Below are positions 1-5,153 of a DNA stretch of 25,444 nt, one piece after another (position 1 is the first letter of the stretch; every line of letters begins with the position of its first letter). The DNA is from a virus (Duplodnaviria; Caudoviricetes), in the IMG/VR virus record IMGVR_UViG_3300049139_000049, positions 1-25,444 of that record; one strand, written 5' to 3'. Both the position numbers and the translations under genes were made by a program. The notes beneath the pieces are model-generated. The model worked only from the letters and a program-made list of their open reading frames with translations, was not told where the DNA came from and searched no databases.

Positions 1-130
1 CCGCGTAGGCGATCCCCAGCATGAGCGCGGTCGCGAAGTTGGCGTCCGCCCGGCCGCCTCTGAGCTGGGTGACCAGCCCGATCACGGCCACACCGATGGG
101 CAGCATCATCATGGTCGTGGCCGTGTTGGA
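1..130 (-). pseudogene. 3' part of a host SLC13/DASS-family Na+/dicarboxylate (anion) symporter gene, interrupted by the prophage and continuing off the left edge
   Basis: Reverse-strand translation from 130 down to 2 reads SNTATTMMMLPIGVAVIGLVTQLRGGRADANFATALMLGIAYA. This matches the DASS SNTAT...MLPI hairpin motif and the following LMLGIAYA motif. Codons are host-like with high GC3. Family resemblance stops at ~130, and the frame meets a TAG at 172-170. Confidence 0.85.
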
Positions 131-152
131 AGGAGTACTCACTTGGGTACTC
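108..152. mobile_element. Hybrid att junction (host attB half / phage attP half) of the serine integrase; crossover probably at or near GA 129-130
   Basis: Host-gene similarity ends at ~130 and the integrase starts 60 bp later. The phage side reads AGGAGTACTCACTTGGGTAC. The exact crossover dinucleotide is inferred. Confidence 0.7.
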
Positions 153-189
153 TGGCAAACCGGACATACCTACCGTAGGAGACACGTCC

Positions 190-1758
190 ATGTGGCCTGT
201 GACTGAACCGTCCCCCGATGGGGCTGAGGTGCGCCTAGTCGGCGTCATCCGCCTGAGCCGAGACTCTGACACCAGCACCGCCCCTGAGCGCCAGCGTCAG
301 GAGATCGAATCCGGCTTGCGCCCCGGAGAGGTCATCATCGGGTGGGCTACCGATGTCGGTGTGTCGGGGTCCATCTCCCCCAAGAAGCGCCCCGAGCTTG
401 GCCCGTGGATGTCCAAGCACCCGCCTGAGCCGTTCGACGGGTTCATCGCCACCAAGATTGACCGATTCAGCCGAAGGTCGATTCACTTCCATGAAATGAT
501 CGAATGGGCTGAGAAGAATGACAAGGTCCTCCGTGCCGTAAAAGATCAATTCGACCTGACAACTTGGGTCGGGCGACTCATCGCGATGATCATCGCCATG
601 TTCGCCGAAGGTGAGCTAGAGGCAATCACAGAGCGAGTGAAGGCGAGCCGTAACACCCTTCGCGCGGCGGGTCGGTGGATGGGGGGCAAGGCTCCCTTTT
701 GGTGCAAGGCTGTCAGGCGACGAGAGGCTGACGGTAAGACCGGTGTTTATCTTGAGCACCACGAAGAGCGATCGAAGATCACCCGTGAAATGATCGACAT
801 GATCATCAAGCCCCGAAAAGATGGGGGCGGCATGGCCAAGAACGCTATCGCCAACACCTTGACCGCACGGGGAGTGCTCTCCCCGAAGGATTGGGAACGG
901 GTCGACAAGGGCCTAGCGAAAAAGGGATACGCTTGGTCCGATCAGACCGTAGACCTTATTCTCAGGAACGAAGCCCTTCGCGGATATACCACGGTTCTTG
1001 TCGACAGGAGCAAGAGGAAGTTCCGCGTTCTTCGAGACACCAACGGAAAGCCGGTCATGAAGTGCGAACCTCTCATTGATGATCAGACATGGTTTCTCCT
1101 CCAAAAGAAGTTGGACGAGGGAACCAATCATCAAGCTGGGGAGCGGAATCCTTCCCCGCTCAAGAAGGTTTCATACTGCGGTAAGTGCGGGCTGGCGTAT
1201 AACCACATCAACCCGGGCACGCGCAAGGCACGATGGTACCGATGCGGCTCTTACACCAAAATCGGAGCCACGTGCACGTCACGCGCTGTGGACGCTGATC
1301 TCCTAGAATCTCTGGTGTCTGAGAGCATTCTAGACAGGGTCGGCAACGAAAGGCGAGTCGAAACCATCGTTATCCCAGCCACTGACTACGGGGAAGAACT
1401 GCACATCGTGGAAGAGTCACTAAGGCGACTCAAGAAAGAATCAGACCTGGGACTAATTGACGAAAATGAGGAAGAGGAGTATTTCCAACGGTTGGCCAAC
1501 CTCACAGCCGACAGGGACAAGCTCAAGGAAATGGGCGCTTCAAGTGAGGAGCAGGTCCAGTACGTAGACATGGGCGAGACTTTCGGTGAGGCATGGGCAT
1601 CGATGGAGTGGGACGAGCGGCGGGCCTTTCTGATATCCCACGGGGTCAAAATCATGGTGCACAACCCGGAAAGCGGTAACCGTAAGAGCCCTCTGATTGA
1701 GACAAAGGTGGACCTGGGCAACCTGGAAGACCTAGTGAAGGCTGCACGAGCCATCTAG
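190..1758 (+). CDS. int: Large serine recombinase (phage integrase)
   Basis: Catalytic motif IRLS...PERQ, KIDRFSR, FAEGELEAITERV, GRWMGGKAPF, recombinase domain, zinc ribbon YCGKCG...YRC...C and a coiled coil. RBS AGGAG at 177-181. Confidence 0.96.
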   Translation: MWPVTEPSPDGAEVRLVGVIRLSRDSDTSTAPERQRQEIESGLRPGEVIIGWATDVGVSGSISPKKRPELGPWMSKHPPEPFDGFIATKIDRFSRRSIHFHEMIEWAEKNDKVLRAVKDQFDLTTWVGRLIAMIIAMFAEGELEAITERVKASRNTLRAAGRWMGGKAPFWCKAVRRREADGKTGVYLEHHEERSKITREMIDMIIKPRKDGGGMAKNAIANTLTARGVLSPKDWERVDKGLAKKGYAWSDQTVDLILRNEALRGYTTVLVDRSKRKFRVLRDTNGKPVMKCEPLIDDQTWFLLQKKLDEGTNHQAGERNPSPLKKVSYCGKCGLAYNHINPGTRKARWYRCGSYTKIGATCTSRAVDADLLESLVSESILDRVGNERRVETIVIPATDYGEELHIVEESLRRLKKESDLGLIDENEEEEYFQRLANLTADRDKLKEMGASSEEQVQYVDMGETFGEAWASMEWDERRAFLISHGVKIMVHNPESGNRKSPLIETKVDLGNLEDLVKAARAI

Positions 1759-1793
1759 GGACGTTGCCGATCTGAGACATGCACACTTGGCAC

Positions 1794-1931
1794 ACTCACA
1801 CCATGTATAGAAGTGAGGGTAGCCCCCTGGGGGATAAAGGGGGATACTAATATAAATAACTAACAGTAATAATAAATAAGACACCCCCTCAGGGGGTGTC
1901 TTTATTACTCACACCATGTTAAGAAGTGAGG
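1794..1931 (+). repeat. 25-bp imperfect direct repeat (1794-1818 and 1907-1931) flanking an AT-rich tract and GC hairpins; candidate cos/terminase-binding or phage-specific promoter elements
   Basis: ACTCACACCATGT-AT-AGAAGTGAGG vs ACTCACACCATGT-TA-AGAAGTGAGG (23/25 identical). Each copy contains the dyad CTCAC-N13-GTGAG. Confidence 0.8.
1878..1902. terminator. Perfect inverted repeat flanked by A/T tracts; probable intrinsic terminator downstream of int, possibly bidirectional
   Basis: AAGACACCCCC-TCA-GGGGGTGTCTT, followed by TATTAC and preceded by AATAAAT. Confidence 0.6.
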
Positions 1932-1975
1932 AAGGGAAACAACAAACCTGGATATTATCTGAGGAGGCCGTGAGA

Positions 1976-2296
1976 TTGCCTAAGGCCCATACCATCTGTT
2001 CCAAGTCCGGGTGTTTGAATATTTCCGTCCGAGAAAACAAGTGCGAGCTTCACGCTCGCCCGTCATGGTCCAGGATTTCTAAACGAAACCTGGCCCGACC
2101 GCCTAACATGGGTCTTCTTAAACATTCAGTCCGCCAGAGGGACCAGGGAGTTTGCTACGTCTGTGGTTCGTCCGGGAACAAGACCGTAGACCATAAGACC
2201 CCAGTTAGCCGAGGTGGGACGAATGAGCTTTCTAACTTAGCGGTGATCTGTGATCCGTGCCATGAAAACAAAACTTACAAAGAGCGGTTTCTATAA
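1976..2296 (+). CDS. HNH endonuclease, terminase-associated (HK97 gp74-like)
   Basis: MPKAHTICSKSGC...KCELH N-terminus, then RDQGVCYVCG...VDHKTPVSRGGTNELSNLAVICDPCHENKT. Start moved from 1916 to TTG 1976 because RBS GAGGAGG lies at 1961-1967. Confidence 0.9.
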   Translation: MPKAHTICSKSGCLNISVRENKCELHARPSWSRISKRNLARPPNMGLLKHSVRQRDQGVCYVCGSSGNKTVDHKTPVSRGGTNELSNLAVICDPCHENKTYKERFL

Positions 2297-2377
2297 CACC
2301 GCTCACGGGGGCGCACCGCCGCGCGCAAGGTCGCAAGGAGCGGTGCTTAGTTGATTGGGTGGGCATTCAACTATCAA

Positions 2378-2450
2378 ATGCGGGTAGCTTAATTGGGAAA
2401 GCGCCGGTCTCCAAAACCGGTCGATGTAGGTTCGACTCCTACCCCGTGTG
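2378..2450 (+). tRNA. tRNA-Trp (CCA)
   Basis: Acceptor ATGCGGG/CCCGTGT (two G-U pairs), D stem GCTT/AAGC, anticodon arm CCGGT-CT CCA AA-ACCGG, T arm GTAGG-TTCGACT-CCTAC, G73. 3' CCA is not encoded. Confidence 0.93.
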
Positions 2451-2490
2451 CTTCGCGGATAGGGATACTAGCCATTGAACGATTCCGCGA

Positions 2491-2582
2491 TAGGGGATGG
2501 TGTACGGTGCACCCCGCCCAACTCGGCATCTTGGCCGACGCCGATAGGGGGGAGGAGGAGGGTTCGAGTCCCTTCGCCCTGC
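2491..2582 (+). ncRNA. tRNA-like RNA (or pseudo-tRNA) with a greatly extended anticodon arm
   Basis: Imperfect acceptor TAGGGGA/CGCCCTG, D arm GTGT-ACGGT-GCAC, 39-nt arm at 2514-2552 in the anticodon position, 5-nt variable loop AGGAG, T arm GAGGG-TTCGAGT-CCCTT. Confidence 0.6.
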
Positions 2583-2596
2583 TAGAGTGGACAGCA

Positions 2597-2631
2597 GAAG
2601 GCCCGCCCCAGCGTCCCGGGGGCGGGCCTTC
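2597..2631. terminator. 13-bp GC-rich stem-loop; likely terminator for lsr2 (minus strand), possibly bidirectional
   Basis: GAAGGCCCGCCCC-9 nt-GGGGCGGGCCTTC, just downstream of the lsr2 stop codon. Confidence 0.75.
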
Positions 2632-2644
2632 GTGATCTATGAAA

Positions 2645-2992
2645 CTAGCCGTTCACGGCCTCATATTCGGCGACGATCGATGCCGGGATTCGGCCGCGCT
2701 CATTGACCGGCTTCCCGGCCTGCTTCGCCCATGACCTAATGGCCTGACTCCGCTCCTTGTCAGACGTCCGGGAAACGCCGGGACCCTTCGGGCGGCCACG
2801 CCCCCCGACCCTGGAGGCCGGAGCCTTCCGAGCGGCTTCCACGTACTTCGTGATGGCCTTACGGAGCTTGTCGGCGTTCTTCCTGGACAGATCGATCTCA
2901 TACGTCGACCCGTCGAGACCGAACGTCACGGTCTCGTCAGCCTCTCCGCCGTCGAGATCGTCAATCAACATCACCTGCACTTTTTGCGCCAC
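2645..2992 (-). CDS. lsr2: Lsr2 nucleoid-associated / xenogeneic silencer protein, full length
   Basis: MAQKVQVMLIDDLDGGEADETVTFGLDGSTYEIDLS dimerisation domain and IRSWAKQAGKPVNERGRIPASIVAEY AT-hook domain. GTG start at 2992 with RBS GAGAGGAG; the ORF-track start at 3076 overlaps tRNA-Leu. Confidence 0.97.
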   Translation of the reverse strand: MAQKVQVMLIDDLDGGEADETVTFGLDGSTYEIDLSRKNADKLRKAITKYVEAARKAPASRVGGRGRPKGPGVSRTSDKERSQAIRSWAKQAGKPVNERGRIPASIVAEYEAVNG

Positions 2993-3049
2993 TGTAGTTC
3001 TCCTCTCAGGTGGCTTGAGGCCACCATACACCATTCTTGGTGTTGTCAC

Positions 3050-3122
3050 GCCCTTATAGCCCAATGGCAGAGGCACCGGCCTTAGGAGCCGGTCAGTGGG
3101 GGTTCAAATCCCTCTAAGGGCA
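3050..3122 (+). tRNA. tRNA-Leu (TAG) with a short variable loop
   Basis: Acceptor GCCCTTA/TAAGGGC, Leu-type D arm GCCCAATGGCAGAGGC, anticodon arm CCGGC-CT TAG GA-GCCGG, variable loop TCAGT, T arm GGGGG-TTCAAAT-CCCTC, A73. Confidence 0.92.
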
Positions 3123-3125
3123 CCG

Positions 3126-3548
3126 TTAGACGTCACCCGCCCGCTTGCGCTTATACCAGCGCTTACCGGCCTCTCTACGCGGTCCACGGCACTCGGGACA
3201 TCCACAGCCATGCACCATCCCATAGTGCTGCGTGCCGTGAGGGTGGTTCGGATTGCGGCTCTCCATGAGGGCATCATCCAGGCTCTTGGCAAATGTGGCA
3301 TCCATGCGCCACAGTCCCCACACCTGTTGCGAGGTAATCCCCAGCATTTCACATGCTCGCTCTACGTCGTGGCACACTCGCACGATGTTAACCACGCTTT
3401 TTCGTGTGACGTCTGGGATGGTTTGCCTAGCCTTAGCGCGCCGCCGCTCTCGCTCCCGCTCGGCGTGCTTGTCTGCACATGGATCACACCGGCCGCCCCG
3501 CTTGGCGGGGCCGTGCTCTGGTGGGCACTGACGTTTGACCATGCACAC
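3126..3548 (-). CDS. Hypothetical Cys/His-rich, probably Zn-binding protein with a central HTH-like segment
   Basis: C..EH...RCDPC, then VERACEMLGITSQQVW (HTH-like), then HGTQHYGMVHGCGCPECR, which resembles the HGT..Y...GCRC..CR motif of actinophage proteins. It fills the gap between tRNA-Leu and tRNA-Lys. GGAG lies 9 nt upstream of GTG 3548. Confidence 0.7.
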   Translation of the reverse strand: MCMVKRQCPPEHGPAKRGGRCDPCADKHAERERERRRAKARQTIPDVTRKSVVNIVRVCHDVERACEMLGITSQQVWGLWRMDATFAKSLDDALMESRNPNHPHGTQHYGMVHGCGCPECRGPRREAGKRWYKRKRAGDV

Positions 3549-3559
3549 AGCTTACATCT

Positions 3560-3632
3560 CCCCCGGTAACTCAATTGGTAGAGTTGCCGACTTTTAATCG
3601 GCGGGTTCCTGGTTCAAGTCCAGGCCGGGGGA
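3560..3632 (+). tRNA. tRNA-Lys (TTT)
   Basis: Acceptor CCCCCGG/CCGGGGG, D stem ACTC/GAGT, anticodon arm GCCGA-CT TTT AA-TCGGC, T arm CCTGG-TTCAAGT-CCAGG, A73. Confidence 0.95.
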
Positions 3633-3636
3633 CTCA

Positions 3637-3712
3637 TCTCTCGTAGCTCAGTCGGCAGAGCAGCGGACTGTTAATCCGCTAGTCCCTGGTTCGAGTCCAG
3701 GCGAGAGAGCCA
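3637..3712 (+). tRNA. tRNA-Asn (GTT)
   Basis: Acceptor TCTCTCG/CGAGAGA, D stem GCTC/GAGC, anticodon arm GCGGA-CT GTT AA-TCCGC, T arm CCTGG-TTCGAGT-CCAGG, G73, encoded CCA. Confidence 0.96.
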
Positions 3713-3758
3713 CCGAGTGCAGCGGGGTGTTGCCTAACCCATGCACTCGGTAACGCTT

Positions 3759-3839
3759 TCACCCGTAGCTCAATGGAAGAGCACCGTGGCCACGTAACAC
3801 GATGAGAGGGAGATCCCGGTTCGAGTCCGGGCGGGTGAG
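3759..3839 (+). ncRNA. tRNA-like RNA with perfect acceptor, D and T arms but an aberrant anticodon/variable region (undetermined isotype or pseudo-tRNA)
   Basis: Acceptor TCACCCG/CGGGTGA, D arm GCTC-AATGGAA-GAGC, T arm CCCGG-TTCGAGT-CCGGG. The 31 nt between them (3784-3814) form only CGTG/CACG around a 9-nt loop with no U33. Confidence 0.75.
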
Positions 3840-3843
3840 CAAA

Positions 3844-3908
3844 GCCGACCTTATCGCGGCAAGGTCAACGTACGGGCAACGGTTCAAATCCGTATAGGGG
3901 TCGGCCCA
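3844..3908 (+). ncRNA. Small tRNA-like structured RNA with an acceptor-like stem and T-loop but no recognisable D or anticodon arm
   Basis: GCCGACC/GGTCGGC 7-bp closing stem, ACGG-TTCAAAT-CCGT T-arm motif, followed by CCA. It begins 4 nt after the preceding tRNA-like element. Confidence 0.45.
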
Positions 3909-3921
3909 ACTTACAACAATA

Positions 3922-4314
3922 CTACTTTTTGAGACTGCCAATCGAGAGATTGAACCCGGCAGCTCGAATCTCGTCTATCGCGCGGTCTAGCCATCGGCCC
4001 CGACCCGCGTCACAGTTCGTGTCGTCGCACTCGAATACCGCGAAAAACTTGTCAGGGCCAAGGGCGTACATCTCACCGGCTTCTACAGCCTCTCGCCACT
4101 CCTGCGTGATCTTCTCGTCTATCTGCCGAGCCTCAGGAGACGAGCCACCAGAGGCCCGCAAAGCAGACCGCAGGAAGTTCAGGACGTCTTGAGAAGCGCG
4201 GTCCCTAGTGGCCCGCCTGCCGTCAACGAGCGGCATGAGGAAGTTTCGGCCGGTCTTGTCCGGCTGTCCAATGAGCTTTGCGCCATGGAAGTGATTCATG
4301 AACACATCATACAT
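3922..4314 (-). CDS. Hypothetical protein
   Basis: ORF-track frame 3922-4404. ATG 4314 (MYDVFMNHFHG...) is preferred because it overlaps the stop of the upstream gene by 8 nt, suggesting translational coupling. Confidence 0.65.
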   Translation of the reverse strand: MYDVFMNHFHGAKLIGQPDKTGRNFLMPLVDGRRATRDRASQDVLNFLRSALRASGGSSPEARQIDEKITQEWREAVEAGEMYALGPDKFFAVFECDDTNCDAGRGRWLDRAIDEIRAAGFNLSIGSLKK

Positions 4315-4651
4315 GGTCGGGCGGTCCATCTCTGAGGGCCTTACAAATCTCGATGTGGCCCTTGATCGCGTCGATAGGTGACGTGTACCGGTACTGCCCT
4401 TCACCAGGGTATCCGAACACCATTGTTTCCCAGATCACGGGCGGACCTCCCCTGAATCCGTGGTCATGAAAGAGGAAAACTGTGGACACGTCTACCGCGT
4501 GGCCATCGTAAGTGATGAACGAATCTAGCGCCACACGGCGCATGAAGTCTATCGCCGACAACTCTTCATAGAGAACCAAGCTAATCGGTTGACCATTCGG
4601 CGCGTAGAACATCGGTCGGCCGCCGATCAGCATTATTTCATTCGCATTCAT
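4307..4651 (-). CDS. Conserved phage hypothetical protein (VSTVFL..DH...GPP.IWETMVFG...QYRY....A..GH family)
   Basis: The motif VSTVFLFHDHGFRGGPPVIWETMVFG...QYRYTSPIDAIKGH is recalled from a widespread uncharacterised phage family. Confidence 0.75.
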   Translation of the reverse strand: MNANEIMLIGGRPMFYAPNGQPISLVLYEELSAIDFMRRVALDSFITYDGHAVDVSTVFLFHDHGFRGGPPVIWETMVFGYPGEGQYRYTSPIDAIKGHIEICKALRDGPPDHV

Positions 4652-4703
4652 GGTGACATGCTACCCCACAAGTGCGCCAGTGAAAACATAGAAAGGGGGC
4701 CAG

Positions 4704-5153
4704 ATGGCAGGCAGAGGACCGGCGGGAAGCCCTAACCCCCGCCGAACAAACAACAAGGACAGCACTATTGAAATCCCAGAGAACGCCAAGCCAAAGGCCC
4801 CCAAGCTCTTTAAGCGGGCTTCCTACTCCACAGCAGTTTGCCGCTGGTGGGATACTTGGGCCGAAAGCCCTCAGTCAGACGTGTTTCTACCTTCTGACTG
4901 GGAGCGACTGCAAATGCTTGCTCCCCTTGTACAAGCCTACTGGGAAGAGCCTAAAACTTCCATTCTGGCTGAGATCCGCCTTAACGAAGAGCGCCTAGGC
5001 GCTACGGTACGGGATCGCCAATCGCTCCGCATGAACCTCAAGCCCGCTGAGAGCGACGCAGAGAGCGCAGGAGACAACGGCACGGGTGATGACACCAGCC
5101 CTGACAATGTGGTCGATATGGACCTCTTTAGGGAGCTGGGCGGGGATGCCTAA
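4704..5153 (+). CDS. terS: Terminase small subunit
   Basis: MAGRGPA..P..RR, WWDTWAESPQS, LAEIRLNEERLGATVRDRQSLRM are typical of actinophage TerS. Coupled to terL by a TAATG overlap. Confidence 0.9.
   Translation: MAGRGPAGSPNPRRTNNKDSTIEIPENAKPKAPKLFKRASYSTAVCRWWDTWAESPQSDVFLPSDWERLQMLAPLVQAYWEEPKTSILAEIRLNEERLGATVRDRQSLRMNLKPAESDAESAGDNGTGDDTSPDNVVDMDLFRELGGDA

Noticed and set aside
21-206. 61-aa plus-strand ORF spanning the junction
   Set aside because: It is the antisense shadow of the host transporter frame running across att; no independent coding evidence.
1794-1931. Direct repeats as a mini-CRISPR or IS ends
   Set aside because: Only two copies with an 88-bp structured spacer, and no cas or transposase gene.
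1976-2296. HNH as a homing endonuclease or Cas9/IscB-like nuclease with an adjacent guide RNA
   Set aside because: It is a 106-aa stand-alone HNH in the usual pre-terminase position, with no RuvC or other domains.
2558-2601. Possible circularly permuted tRNA-like Y RNA (YrlA): T arm followed by the D-like hairpin CTGCT-AGAGTGGAC-AGCAG
   Set aside because: There is no acceptor-like hairpin between the two arms, no Ro-binding stem was recognised and no Ro60/Rsr gene is in the window. An Rfam search would settle it.
2393-2635. 80-aa plus-strand ORF
   Set aside because: It overlaps tRNA-Trp, the tRNA-like element and the terminator; spurious translation of RNA genes.
2993-3076. N-terminal extension of Lsr2 in the ORF track
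   Set aside because: It overlaps tRNA-Leu; Lsr2 similarity and an RBS begin at GTG 2992.
3096-3574. Alternative ORFs 3096-3569(+), 3104-3352(-), 3253-3531(+), 3362-3574(-)
   Set aside because: They overlap tRNAs or the motif-bearing 3126-3548 ORF, which fits the gap exactly.
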